Assembly: GCF_963921235.1 (NCBI RefSeq)
Contig: NC_086108.1
Location: 47,494,001-47,558,000, forward strand
Length of the DNA: 64,000 nt
Reading direction: 5' to 3'
DNA from: Mobula hypostoma
Lineage: Eukaryota
Shown: positions 1-13,074 of the stretch, one piece after another
How the letters are laid out: the number at the start of each line of letters is the position of its first letter
Numbering within the stretch: the stretch's first letter is position 1
Notes under the pieces: generated by a model
The model's input: the letters and a program-made list of their open reading frames with translations, nothing else
What the model was told of the DNA's origin: nothing
Database searches by the model: none
Made by a program: the position numbers and the translations under genes

Positions 1-420
1 TCAAGCTGAGACCCTGCGTCAGGACTGAGAGGGTAAAGGAACAATGGCTTGTAGAGAGGTGCAGCGGAGAGGTGGGACAGGAGCTGGTAGGTGATGGGTG
101 GAACCAGGAGGTGGCAGAGGGCAATGAAGGGCAGATGGAGCCAGGTTGGGGGAGTGATGGAGGTGGGTGGTAAAGGAGAACAAAGAGAGAACCTGGGAGG
201 ACTAGTGAGAGGAAGAAAGGAATATTGAATTTTCCAACTTCAGGTAACCAACCCTTCATCTGCCCCGTCCCACCCCTACCCCACACTTCCATATACAAGC
301 CATCTTTTCTCTTTTCCCCCTCTAGTCCCAATAGAGAAGCTCATTCTGAAAAGTCGACATGTTCCCTCTGCTTCCACAGATGCTGCTTGACCTGCAGTGT
401 TGTGGATGCTTGCTTTCTTG
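1..420. mobile_element. Penelope-like element terminal remnants in opposite orientations
   Basis: Minus strand 1-30 reads tctcagtcCTGACGcagggtctcagc (pLTR/hammerhead-like), followed by a purine-rich tract. A degenerate plus-strand pLTR lies at about 320-420 (gaaaagtcgac...cacagatgctgcttgacctg). Confidence 0.6.
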
Positions 421-669
421 TTGTCATCTTTCTAATACTTCATCCTCTTCAGCTTCTCATTTTGTTCTGCCTGACTGCTCATCACTTTCCCTGGGCCGCA
501 GTGCCCCGAGGTACCGCCTGATCTAGCCACCCATGAATGCTAAGAGCCTCACACACCCTGCCCACAACTGTGCACGAGAAAGTATCTGTTAATTATGATT
601 CTAGTCTGACTGTTTTATTTTAATTTATCTACTCATACTGAATAATTCCAACTTTTTTTTTAAAATAAG

Positions 670-885
670 GAACAAAGAGTGCCCGACCTGCAGGAAAAAA
701 CTGGTCTCCAAGAGATCGCTGCGGCCAGATCCAAACTTTGATGCTTTAATCAGCAAAATCTATCCCAGTCGAGATGAGTATGAGGCCCACCAAGAAAGGG
801 TGCTGGCTCGCATCAGCAAGCACCACAACCAGCAGGCTCTGAGCCACAGCATTGAAGAAGGACTCAAAATGCAGGCACTTAATAG
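670..885 (+). CDS. RNF2: RNF2/RING1B internal coding exon (end of RING finger and following helix)
   Basis: AG acceptor at 668-669 after a T-tract and GT donor at 886; 216 nt, phase 2/2. Translates (G)[72 protein letters not shown], nearly identical to vertebrate RNF2. Not in the ORF track. Confidence 0.97.
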
Positions 886-1104
886 GTAATTATGCTACCT
901 TCCTTACTTGATAAATACCAGTGAATTGCCCATGAATTTATAGCTGTAGAAAGGAGATGCAGCAGGTTTCTAATGGATTTTTATAGAAGAGGAGATGCGA
1001 CACCTCCCAGAAAGGTGGGGTGGTGGGCACGTTTCTGTACCAAATTGACTCGGTGACACTCCTCCACCCAACAAATGAGGAGTATGCACAGAGGCTGCAT
1101 TCAT

Positions 1105-1720
1105 TTCATGAGGTCTGGAATACGAGAGCAAGGATGTGATGCTGAGGCTTTATAAGGCCTGGTGAGGCCTCACCTTGAGTATTCTGAACAGTTCTGGGCT
1201 CCTCATCTAAGAAAAGGTGTGCTGGCATTGGAGAGAGTCCAGAGGAGGTTCACAGGAATTCCAGGAATGAAAAGGTTATCATACAAGGAACGTTTGATAG
1301 CTCTGGATCTGTACTCGCTGGAAATTAGAAGGATGAGGGGGGATCTGGTTGAAACCTTTCAAATGTTGAAAAGCCTAGACAGAGTAGATGTGAAAGGATG
1401 TTTCCCATGGTGGGGAGTCTGTGACAAGAGGGCACAGCCTCAAGATAGAGGGACGTCCATTTAAAACAGAGATGCAGAGAAATTTCTTTAGCCAGAGGGT
1501 GGTGAATTTGTGGAATTCAGGCAGCTGTGAAGGCCAGATCACTGGGTATATTTAAGGCAGAGCTCAATAGGTTATTGATTGGATATTGATCGGGGAGAAG
1601 GCAGGGGAGTGGAGCTTGAGGGGTGGAGGGTGCGGGATAAAAGGATCAGCCATGATTGAATGGTGGAGCAGGCTCGATGGGCCAAGTGCCCTAATTCTGC
1701 TCCTATGTCTTATGGTTTTT
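1105..1720 (+). mobile_element. CR1 LINE 3' fragment
   Basis: RPHLEY..QFWAP..LERVQRRFT..LYSLE.RRMRGDL ORF2 C-terminus, plus the 3' tail ctgctcctatgtcttatgg. Confidence 0.9.
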
Positions 1721-2209
1721 TAATTGGCATGGTAAGAATATGGGTTGTGTTTGCTGTTCCCAATCATGTTGTGGCTTTCAAAATTCAACTGGGGATTTTC
1801 ACTGATGAGCTGCTTAAAACATGCAAAGGAACAAATTATATTTTTATTTCTTGAATTATTCTCCAGTTGGCATGTTCAGCAAGAGTCAAAGGATAGAGAA
1901 AAGTACAAAGGAATAGATTCTGGAAAGGAGAAATAGAGTAACTGAGAACTTGTGGAGAGGAGGAGCAAAGAAACAGTGAGGTGGGGAGTGGAGTCAAAGG
2001 GCATCAAGAAGACAGTGACCATGAGACAAATGAATCTTCTCTCAAACTTTATAATTAAATAATTCAGACTAAAAGACAAATATATTAATGAGCATAATGT
2101 TTGCCTGTAGGAGCATATTTAAACCATCAAGTTTTTTTTTGCAAAAGCGTTATGAAGAAAAGAAAAATTGAGTGAACAATGAATTGCAATACAAAGACTC
2201 CGGCAAACA

Positions 2210-2620
2210 TGTGCCCATTGGTCACTTTATTTGTACCTCCTGTACTTATCAAGTGGTCACTGAGTACATGTTCCTTATCTTCAGCTACTGTAACTCATCA
2301 ACTGCAAGGTCTGATGAGTTGTGCGTTCAGAGATGCTCTTCTGCACACCACTTTTGTAACGTGCGGTTATTTGAGTTGCTGTTGTCCATCACCATCTCCT
2401 TTGTCTTACTGATGTTGAGCTGCAGATGGTTCAGCTTGCACCATTTGACAAACTCCTCCACCAGGGCCCTGTACTCATCTTCCCATCCTCCCTTTACACA
2501 CCCAACTACTGCTGAGTCATCAGAGAATTTCTGCAGATGACATGACTCAGTGTTGTACCTAAAATCTGAGGTATACAGGGTAAGCAGGAAGGGAACCAAT
2601 ACAGTCCCAATAGCCAAGAG
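2210..2620 (-). mobile_element. Rex1/Babar-like LINE RT fragment with an adjacent degenerate repeat
   Basis: GTVLVPFLLTLYTSDF...LQKFSDDSAVVG...LQLNISKTKEMVMD on the minus strand at about 2390-2610. Confidence 0.75.
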
Positions 2621-4739
2621 TTGCAGATCAGGTATGGTCTTGATTTTCAAAACGCAACCAAAGGCTAAATAATCTAGATCTTCTCTCACAGAAATGCTTT
2701 ATCTTTTACTTGCTTTTACTAAAACGTTAGTCATATACCTTATCTGCTCAAGTTTGGATTCCAAAGGTGAGCCCTTATTTAAAAAACATCCAAAGTATTC
2801 AGCAACTGAAATTAAATATTAATATGAAACTGCAGCACCTTCCTTTGACCTCAGTAGGACTCTCTAAACTTGCATACTTGGAGTTTTAAATGTATAGCTT
2901 TGGTGTTCAGTTACTTATTACAACTAAATCTTAATTAATATTAATTACCTGGTTAATTCCTACACTGTTTCAATTGGACTCATTGTTTCCCACACAATAG
3001 AAAGTGTACTTAAGTCAATATTGAGCAGCATTGATTATATGAGAATGCTTTGGGTTATTTAATACCCATCAGCAAGTTCCTGTTAAGTAAATTATTTACT
3101 TGTTACTTAAGACAGTACATCTGATTGGCATTGATAAATAAAAAGAACTTTATGACTGTGTGTACATCAATAAAATAAAACATGGGGAGGAAAGATATTT
3201 TGCAGCATTTCTAGCCTTCATTATTTTTTTGTTTTATAGTTCTACCATTATTGGAAATTGTTTTCTATAAATGAGAAGCAGGAACAAACTTAATATGGGA
3301 GTTTCAAAGAAACTCCCTGCAACAATCACATTGGCTGTATTTTTTTTGGAAACTGTAGGAAAATTGCGTTGTCAGAAGCTAAACCTGACAAACGTGCCTG
3401 GTGACCAATGCCACTGCAGTATTGTTGCCAAGAATTGAAAACACCAGCAGTCTGTGCACAGTCCCTAACGTCCATCAAATGAGGTAATTGCAAAATAGGA
3501 TTGATTGACCTGGATTAAATGAAAAGTTAGTAAAAGATTGCACACCATCTAAATGCAGCAATGAAAAGAACTTGCCCCATGAGGCAACTATTTGGTTTTA
3601 TGGTGAAGATTATTTTTGATTGTTTTCCCCAAGCTCCCTTCATTTGGAAAACTGACATTTCAGAGTTATCAGGCCTTCCAACAGTGTTGTATTAGAAACA
3701 CAGACTTAAGTTTCCATATTATGCTGCTTAAAGCTGCAACAATTTTATATTTGTAAATGGACAAACGGTGTCTTTTGTGTGTCTTTACCACTGTTTTTGT
3801 TAATGTAAAAGGTAATTACTGTTGAATAATTTTCTGCAGGAGAGAAGAAGCGCTCCATTTTTATATCTTGAAGCATATCCTGATTTCATTTTTACCACCT
3901 TCTGATCAATGATGAAATTCTTTGGCAATACCCTGTCGCTGTTTTGAAGTATGCCACATGGAAATTAGTCAGTAATACCCCTTCTCTTAAACAATCTAGG
4001 AAAGGAGAACATTGAACCGGTATCGTACTTGTAGGAGAATGCTTACAAGAAAACTTGGATTACAACCTGCTGATTTCCTGTGTACAGCTTTTGATGCTAG
4101 CAATGATGGAAGTTGAAGTGATGATGGTTAAATAATGCAGAAAAAAATTACAGGCAAATTAAGGGCTATGGGGAAAAGGCTGACGGGTGGAGATGAGTCC
4201 ATGGCCAGATCATCCATGATCTTACTGAATGGCGGAGCAGGCTTGACGGGCCAGGTGGCCGACTCCTGCTCCTATTTCTTATGTTCTTATGACAGAACAG
4301 AATCATGCATTAAAGAATGAAGTGACATCTGAGGGATGGGAGGGGAATGGAGGGGAGAATCTTTAAATCAGAGCATGAACAACGAAATTGATTGATTAAC
4401 AAGCTGGAAACAGTAAATTAAGACTGATGTCAAGCATTTCATAATTTCAGTATATCCCAAAGTACTACCTGTATATCAACAAAATACTTTACTTTGTCTT
4501 TATTTTAATTTTGACAATCACTGCTGCCAACTTGCATACAGAAAACTCTGTTTCTGTTGATAAAGTAAATGATGCACTTGTGTGGTTTGGTGGTGTCGGT
4601 TAAGGCCTAAGTATGGTTCAGTGCACCAGATGAGTTTAGGGGAGGGTAAGGATTGATTGGCCTTGCTTTCAAATATAATCATTGGAACTTGCGACATAGG
4701 AGACTATTTGCTGAGTGACTCTGCTGGACTCAGTGATAC

Positions 4740-5020
4740 ATTTTTATTTATTTAGTGATACAGTGCAGAGTAGGACCTTTCCTGCCCTTCGAGCCACGCC
4801 ACCCACCAACCCCTCCTCCCCCCCCGACGACCCTGGTCTAACCCTGACCTGAACACGGGACAACTCACAGTGACCAGTTAACCTACCTGCTACGAATTTA
4901 GACTGTAGGAAGAAACTGGAGGACCTGGAGAAAACCCACACATTCCACAGGGAGGACCAACAGAGACTCCTTACAGAACGGCACCTGAATTGAACTCTGA
5001 ACTCTAATATTGTCATGCTA
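4740..5020 (-). mobile_element. V-domain tRNA-type SINE
   Basis: Reverse complement of the V-domain core (ggaagaaactggaggacctggagaaaacccacac). Confidence 0.75.
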
Positions 5021-5134
5021 ACCATTGCATTACTGGTCACCCATTCTGTGCCCATGGGCTCTCTTTTATTCATTTCCCTGCAGGACTTTGCCAAACACCT
5101 TACCAAAAAGAAAATCTGTGACTATATTACATGT

Positions 5135-5420
5135 TTGCAGCATGGTATTGTAGTGGTTAGCACAACGCTTTATAGTACCTGGATTCAATTCCTGCTGCTG
5201 CCTTAAAGAAGTTTGTACATTCTCCCCGTGACCATATGGGTTTCCTCTGGGTGCTCCGGTTTCCTCCCACCGTCCAAAGACCTACCAGTTGGTAGGTTAA
5301 TTGGTCATTGTAAATTATCCTGTTCTTAGACTGGGATTAAATTTGAGATTGCTAGGTGACTCGGCTCGAAGGGCCAGATGGGCTGATTCTGCTCTGTACC
5401 TCAAAAGTAAATAAATAAAT
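5135..5420 (+). mobile_element. V-domain tRNA-type SINE (HE1-like)
   Basis: tRNA-like head (gtagtggttagcac...ttcaattcc), V-domain gggtttcctctgggtgctccggtttcctcccac, and a (TAAA)n tail. Confidence 0.85.
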
Positions 5421-6150
5421 ATCGCCTCCAAGTTATTTACTCAAAAAAAATTCATTAAATAGCATCAACTTTATTAATGGATGGCACAACTGATAATGCA
5501 GCATTTGTTTCTAGAGGGCTTGGCCTTGAATGCCTGTTGAAAGATTTTTGTACTAAGGCCAGAAGTGCAAACCTTTGACTCGGTCAAGTCTAAGTCATGT
5601 GCATTGTATTATTTTGATACTTGGCTCTTTTGTCACATAAATTGATTTCTGTTCTAGATTAACTTGTGAGTACTGTGAAGTTTGATCACTTTATTGAAAT
5701 GGAGAGTCAATTCAAATGTCATATTATTTTCATACTTGCCTAAGAGTGTGAAGACAGTCTCTCCCTCTCAGGGCAAATGCCGCCTTCTTTTGAGTTTTGA
5801 AGCCCTTTAAATTGCTTTTGTGAGTAAGAATAATGTCCAGTTTTACAGACCTGTGTGCCTGAGCTTCATTGTATTAAAAACGCATCAGCATTGCAGTAGT
5901 AACCATGTGGCTTACAAACCTTCTAGCTTTGGTTTGTCAACAGTTCATATGAATGTTTAAAATTTCAATCTGTCTTGGAAAAGTAATGATTATTCTGCAA
6001 ATTAAACCATCAGAAGAACAACAGAACTACTTGAACTATTTTGCACTTTGTAATGAAGTAATCTCAGTGAATCAAAGATGTTTGCCCATGAGTTCTTGGT
6101 GAGCACCCACTTCAATACCAGTGTGCAAAATTTTTGTCTGTCTGGTACAG

Positions 6151-6429
6151 AGCGCAGAGGGTAAGAAAGCACCAGGCTGAGAACGGCAGTGGGGCAGAAG
6201 ATAACGGGGACAGTTCACACTGCAGTAATGCCTCCACTCATAGTAACCAGGAGGCTGGACCTAGTCAGAAACGTGCAAAAACGTCAGATGATTCGGGGCC
6301 TGATCTTGACACCACGAATGAGAATGGAACAGGGGATCCTGATCCAGTAACCGATGGAACTAATGAAATCGAACTGGTCTTCAGGCCTCATCCTACGCTG
6401 ATGGAGAAAGATGAAACAACACAGACCAG
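6151..6429 (+). CDS. RNF2: RNF2 internal coding exon (linker and start of RAWUL domain)
   Basis: tggtacAG|A acceptor and AG|GTATGT donor; 279 nt, phase 2/2. Translates [38 protein letters not shown]...[22 protein letters not shown]. Confidence 0.97.
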
Positions 6430-6459
6430 GTATGTATAGAAAAGGGATTGTTGCATTTC

Positions 6460-8550
6460 ATTGGATTGAATTGGCTTTATAACTGACATCCTTGATATAC
6501 ATGAATAAAAATCTTTACGTTACATCTCTGTTTAAATGTGCAATTATAGTAATTTATAATAAATAGTATGTGCAACAAGATAGACAATATAACCTAGAAA
6601 TACAGTTATGAGTTCATCAGTCTGACGGCCTGGTGGAAGCAGCTGTCCCGGAGCCTGTTGGTCCTGGCCTTCATGCTGCGGTACCGTTTCCCAGATGGTA
6701 GCAGCTGGAATAGATGGTGATTGGGGTGACCCCAATGATACTTTGGGTCCTTTTTACACACCGGTCTTTGTAAATGTCCTGAATAATGGGAACTTCACAG
6801 CTACAGATGCGCTGGGCTGTCCGCACCACTCTCTGCAGAGTCCTGTGATTAAGGGAGGTACAGTTCCCAAACCAGGCAGTGATGCAGCCAGTCAGGATGC
6901 TCTCAATTGTACCCCTGTAGAAAGTTCTTGGGATCTGGGGGGCCATACCAAACTTCTTCAACTGTCTGAGGTGAAAGAGGCGCTGTTGTGCCTTTTTCAC
7001 CACACAGCCGGTTTGTACAGACCACATGAGATCCTCAGTGATGTTTATGCCGAGGAACTTAAAGCTGTTCACCCTCTCAACCCCAGATCCATGAATGTCA
7101 AAAGGGGCTAGCCCATCTCCATTCCTTCTGTAATCCACAACCAGCTCCTTTGTTTTTGAGGGAGAGGTTGTTTTCCTGACACCACTGCGTCAGGGTGATG
7201 AATTCTTCTCTGTAGGCTGCCTCTTATTATTTGAGATTAGACCAATCAGTATAGTGTCAGCAAATTTAATTAGCAGATTGGAGCTAACCAGATTGGGTGG
7301 CGACGCAGTCATGGGTATATAGAGAGTAAAGGAGGGGGCTTAGTACACGGTCCTGAGGGGTTCCTGTGTTGAGAGGCAGAGGGGTGGAGGTGAGGGAGCC
7401 CACTCATACTATCTGCTGGCGATCTGACAGGAAGTCCAGGGTCCAGCTGCCCAAGGCAGGGTCAAGGCCAAAGTCTCTGAACTTCCTGTCGAACCTGGAT
7501 GGAATTATGTGTTGAATGCTGAACTGTAGTCCAAGAACAGCATTCTCACATAAGCATCCCACTTCTCCAGGTGTGTAGAGCTGTGGCTATTGGGTCATCT
7601 ATCAATCAGTTGTGTCGGTAGGCGAATTGTAGGGGGTCCACTGTGGGTGGTAGCAAGCTGCAGATGTAGTCCTTGATCAGCCCCACCCTGGGATGCTGTC
7701 CGGTCCCACAGCCTTGCGACTGTCCACTCATTGGAAACACCTGAGTACTTCACCTTCAGAGATGACCAAGGTGCAGGTCGCATCAGCTGCAGGTCTCCTC
7801 GGGCTCAGTGTTAGCAACATTGAATCGAGCGTTTTTAAAAAGAAAAAAAAACAGATTTAGCTCGTCTGGGAGAGAGGCATCGATGTTGGAAATTCCACTG
7901 CATTTAACTTTGAAGTTTGCAATGGTGTGCAGACCTTGCCACAAAAAGCTGCGTATGTTGTTGGTGGAGAGTTGGGTCTGGATCTTGTCCCTGTAATTGT
8001 CATTTCGCTGCCTTGATGACTTTGCTCATTTCTTGAGCTCCTGTTGGTTACCGACAACGTAAGCTCTGTGTCACGCAGTAAGTGCTGCTTGCACAGAACT
8101 GTTGATTCGGGGTTTCTGGTTTGGGTAGACCCTGACCAATTTCTGGGTGACAACATCCTCAATACACTTGTAGTTGAAACTAGTGACCCCATTGTGAACA
8201 TGGAAACATCCTCATCATGGAAGACATTCCAGTTGACGTCATTCGAGCAGTTCTGTAGCATGGAGACCGATTAGTCGGACCAACAGTGGATGGTTTTAAC
8301 TATGGCCGCCTCTTGTTTCAGCTTCTACCTGTACATCGGCAGCAGCCTCACCTCGGAGGGGTGATCTGACTTACCAAGTGGCAGGCGAAAGAGCGCTTTT
8401 TAAGCGTTGTGGAAGAGAGAGTAGCAGTGGTCAAGTATCCTATCTCCTCGTGTGCTCACCTGAATGTGTTGACAAAACTTTGGAGAGACTTTAGTCAGTG
8501 ACGCTCTATGAAAGTCACCGATGACGATGGAGGCAGTCTCCAGGGTCTCG
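6460..8550 (-). mobile_element. Rex1/Babar-like LINE, degenerate
   Basis: VNSFKFLGINITEDL.WS...KKAQQRLFHLRQLKKFG...FYRGTIESILTGCITAW on the minus strand, with APE remnants near 8400-8540. Begins about 30 nt into the RNF2 intron. Confidence 0.88.
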
Positions 8551-9956
8551 TATTAATTCAGATATTTGAAAAAAAAAGAAACAGAATATGACATTGAAAA
8601 CAAATTTCTAGAAGTACGTATGTGGTTGGTCACTATTGGAAAAAGAAACACTAATATTCTGAAATACTATTATTGGAGGTTTGTTGTCCACTGCAAAAAC
8701 AGCTGCAGTTTTTAAAAATAAATTAAATATGAAAAACTTCAAATATTTATGTAGAGTTTGCAGAGTAACCCAAGTGGGATGGTGAATTTGGGCAACAAGA
8801 TGAAGTTGAGAGTGATTTTTAAGAGTTCTAATGTGGAATAATAGTCATTGGGAATTCACAGATTTAAAATTTATGGACATGCAGAGACTTTTTATTATCT
8901 AAATAGATAAACCTTAAGTGGTATGACAATTTGATAAGATAGTTAAAATTCATAGGTGGAGAGGTTGTGAACAATTTTACTTTTTATTTATTTATGGGAT
9001 GTGGACATTGCTGTCAATGTCGGCATTTTTTGTACATCATAAATTTCCTTTAAAACGAGGAGGCTGTCCAAGGTCAACTAGAATCAAATCTAACGCTGAG
9101 AAATGAAATCTGCCAATCTTACCTGAATTAAAAGATGTTAGTTAACCACATGGGATTGGCTAACACTAACCTTTTATTTTAATTGCTGAAGCTTCTTATA
9201 CAAACAGGGTAGAATCTGAACTTGTTCCTCTGAATCAATTTCCTGCAATTCTGGGTGATCCTCATAATCTTCTCAAACTGATATAATACGTCTACTTCAA
9301 GACAAGGTGTCGTTGTGTTGATCTCTGCTTTATTTGTTTTTAATATTCCAGCCAGGGCAAGGGCTGAGACAATAAACTTGGATTTTTCTGAGGCAAGGAC
9401 ATGGTTTCCTCTCTTGCTAACTATCACTGGAAGTGATATCTGTGGATAAATTTGAGATTTGCTTTTGGTAGTATGATGATCATTTGTTCTACCATCCATT
9501 GAGATGCAGGGCAGTCTAATTCTGGGGCTGTTACTGGGAGGTATCTTCCTCCAGTGGGGTCAGTGATCGCAGGAAATAGAAATTGGAAGAAAACTTGAAG
9601 TAGTAGAGAAATGAAAAGTGCAATATTGTAGACAAGCTTATCATAGTTTTGAAAAAGATAGAACTGTGCCTGAAGATGGTGATGCTGCATTCTGAGTGTT
9701 TCATGATGCTGATATTTCTATTTAGCAGAAGCAACCGTGAATACAAATAATATACAAACAGTTATGAGCCACCATTTACTATGACTCTAAATGGTTTTCT
9801 GCTTTAACCAAGGCAGGTCACGGTTGGTGTTCAGAGGATTGTGGGCCGTACACCGGTGTCCAGAAAACGGTAAGCAGTTTCACCAAACTAATTTCTCCAT
9901 GCACTAGTAAAAGACTGCTAACTACGTAGATCTGGTAAACCCACTCCAATTATGGT

Positions 9957-10201
9957 CACACGAGGAAATCTACTGATGCTGGAATTTCAAGTAACACACA
10001 TAAAAATTTCTGGTGAACGCAACAGGCCAGGCAGCATCTCTAGGAAGAGGTACAGTCGACGTTTCGGGCTGAGACCCTTACGAGATCTCTTACTAACTCT
10101 TCTTTCAGTTAGTCCTGACGAAGAATCTTGGCCCGAGACGTCGACTGTACCTCTTCCTAGAGATGCTGCCTGGCCTGCTGCGTTCACCAGCAACTTTTAT
10201 G
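9957..10201. mobile_element. Head-to-head Penelope pLTR pair with hammerhead-like core
   Basis: Imperfect inverted repeat (about 10000-10079 vs about 10120-10201). Plus-strand agtc-CTGACGA(10115-10121)...GAGAC-GTC-gact. Confidence 0.8.
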
Positions 10202-10235
10202 CCAGCGACGGTCACTCTTATTTTCTGCCTTCCTT

Positions 10236-12980
10236 GTAAACCTTCTCTGCACTCTTTCAACCTTATTAATATCCTTCCTGTAATTTGGTGACCAAAACTG
10301 CACACAATACTCCAAATTTGGCCTCACCAATGCCTTATACAACCTCACCATAACATTCCTACTCTTATACTCAATACTTTGATTTATAAAGGCCAATGTA
10401 CGAAAAGCGCTCTTTACGACCCTATCTACCTGTGACGCCACTTTTAGGGAATTTTGTATCTGTATTCCCAGATCCCTCTGTTCTACTGCACTCCTCAGTC
10501 CCCTACCATTTACCTTGTATGTTCTACCTTGGTTTGTCCTTCCAAAGTGCAATGCCTCGCACTTGTCTGTATTAAACTCCATCTGCCATCTTTCAGTCCA
10601 TTTTTCCAGGTGGTCCAAATCCCTCCGCAAAGCTTTGAAAACCTTCCTCACTGTCCACTACACTTCCAATCTTTGTATTATCAGCAAATTTGCTGATCCA
10701 ATCTACCACATTATCATCCAGATCATTGATATAGATGACAAATAACAATGGACCCAGCACTGATCCCTGTGGCACATCACTAGTCACAGGCCTCCACTCA
10801 GAGAAGCAATCCTCCACTACCACTCTCTGGCTTCTTCCATTGAGCCAGTGTCTAATCCAATTTACTACCTCTCCATGTATACCTAACGACGGAATCTTCC
10901 TAACTAACCTCCCATGCGGGACCTTGTCAAAGGCCTTACTGAAATCCATGTGGACAACATCCATTGCCTTCCCTTCATCCACTTTCCTGGTAACCTCCTT
11001 GAAAAACTCTAATAGATTGGTCAAACATGACCTACCACGCACAAAGCCATGTTGACTCTTCCTAATAAGTCCCTGTCTATCCAAATACTTGTAGATCCTA
11101 TCTGTTAGTACTCCTTCCAATAATTTACCTACTACCGACGTCAAACTTACCGGCCTGTAATTTCCCGGATTAGTTTTAGAGCCTTTTTTAAACAACAGAA
11201 CAACATGAGCTATTCTCCAATCCTCTGGCACCTCACCCATAGATACCGACATTTTAAATGTATCTGCCAGGGCCCCTGCAATTTCAACACTAGTCTCCTT
11301 CAAGGTCCAAGGGAACACCCTGTCAGGTCCTGGGGATTTATCTACTCTGATTTGCCTCAAGATAGCAAGCACCTCCTCCTCCTCCTCCTCCTCAATCTGT
11401 ATAGGTTCCATGACCTCACTACTTGTTTGCCTTATTTCCATTGACTCCATGCCAGTTTCCTTAGTAAATACAGATGCAAAAAAAAACTGTTTAAGATCTC
11501 CCCCATTTCTTTTGGTTCCATACATAGCCGACCACTCTGATCTTCAAGAGGACCAATTTTATCCCTTACTATCCTTTTGCTCTTAATATACCTGTAGAAG
11601 CTCTTTGTATTATCCTTCACCTTGACTGCCAAAGCAACCTCATGCCTTTTAACCTTCCTGATTTCTTTAAGTATTTTTTTGCACTTTTTATACTCAAGCA
11701 CCTTATTTGCTCCCTGTTTCCTATACATGTCATACATCTCTCTCTTCTTCTTTATCAGAGTTCCAATATCCCTTGAGGACCAAGGTTCCTTATTCTTATT
11801 CACTTTGTCATTAATCCTGACAGGAACATACAAACTCTGCACTCTCAAAATTTCTCCTTTGAAGGCCTCACACTTACCAATCACATCCTTGCCAGAGAAC
11901 AACCTGTCCCAATCCATGCTTTTTAGATCCTTTCTCATTTCTTCAAATTTGGCCTTTTTCCAGTTTAGAACCGCAACCCAAGGACCAGATTTATCTTTAT
12001 CCATGATCAAGTTGAAACTGATGGTGTTATGATCACTGGAACCAAAATGTTCCCCTACACACACTTCCGTCACCTGCCTTAACTCGTTTCCTAATAGGAG
12101 ATCTAATATTGCATTCTCTCTAGCTGGTGCCTCTATATATAGATTTAGAAAACTTTCCTGAACATATTTTACAAACTCTAACCCGTCTAGACCATTAACA
12201 GTATGGGAATCCCAATCAATATGTGGAAAATTAAAATCCCCTACTATCACAACTTTATGTTTCCTGCAGTTGTCTGCTATCTCTCTGCAGATTTGCTCCT
12301 CCAATTCACGCTGTCTATTGGGTGGTCTATAATACAACCCCACTAATGTGGCCATACCTTCCCTGTTTCTCAGCTCCACCCATATAGCCTTGGTAGACAA
12401 GCCCTCTAATCTGTCCTGCCTGAGCACTGCTGTAATATTTTCCCTGACTAGCAATGCCACCTACCCTTCATTCCTCTGCCTCTATTACATCTGAAACATC
12501 GGCACCTGGAACATTAAGCTGCCAGTCCTGCCCCTCCTGTAGCCAAGTTTCACTAATGGCTATAATGACGTAATTCCATGTGTCAATCCACGCCCTCAGC
12601 TCGTCAGCCTTCCCCACAATACTCCTTGCATTGAAATATACACCTCAGAAGATTATTACCACCACACACAACCCTTCTATTTGTGACTTTGCATGAACTT
12701 TTAACATTTATTTTCACCCCCGCTCCACTATCTGCTCTGGCAGTCTGGTTCCCATCCCCCTGCAAACCTAGTTTAAACCCTCCCCAAAAACACTAACAAA
12801 CCTCCCTGTAAGGATATTGTTCCCCTTGTAGTTCAGGTGTAACCCATCTCTCTTGTACAGGCCCCACCTGCCCCAGAAGAGGTCCCAATGATCCTGAAAT
12901 CTGAAACCCTGCCCCCTTCACCAGTTCCTCAGCCACGTGTTCATCCGCCAGAGCATCCTATTCTTACCGTCACCTGCCCC
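10236..12980 (-). mobile_element. CR1 LINE with nearly complete, frameshifted ORF2 and the end of ORF1
   Basis: Overlapping minus-strand ORFs 11432-12460 (APE: YYRPP, GDFN, SDH), 10593-11525 (RT: SPGPD, YRPVSLTS, DFSKAFD, PQGSVLGP, KFADN) and 10184-10651. Confidence 0.93.
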
Positions 12981-13074
12981 AGTATGTAACCGATGAGTTT
13001 GTATCTCAGGAATTATACCATACAAACATGTAAGGAAGCAGGAATACACCCATCAACTCTGGATCTATTCTGAC

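Noticed and set aside
6134..6439. Standalone 101-aa ORF (likewise 22779-22979)
   Set aside because: These are RNF2 exons read through their splice sites; the true limits are set by the AG/GT signals.
10184..12460. Intact active CR1 ORF2
   Set aside because: At least two frameshifts (one at the A9 run 11478-11486, which could be a sequencing error) and loss of the 3' end at about 10236.
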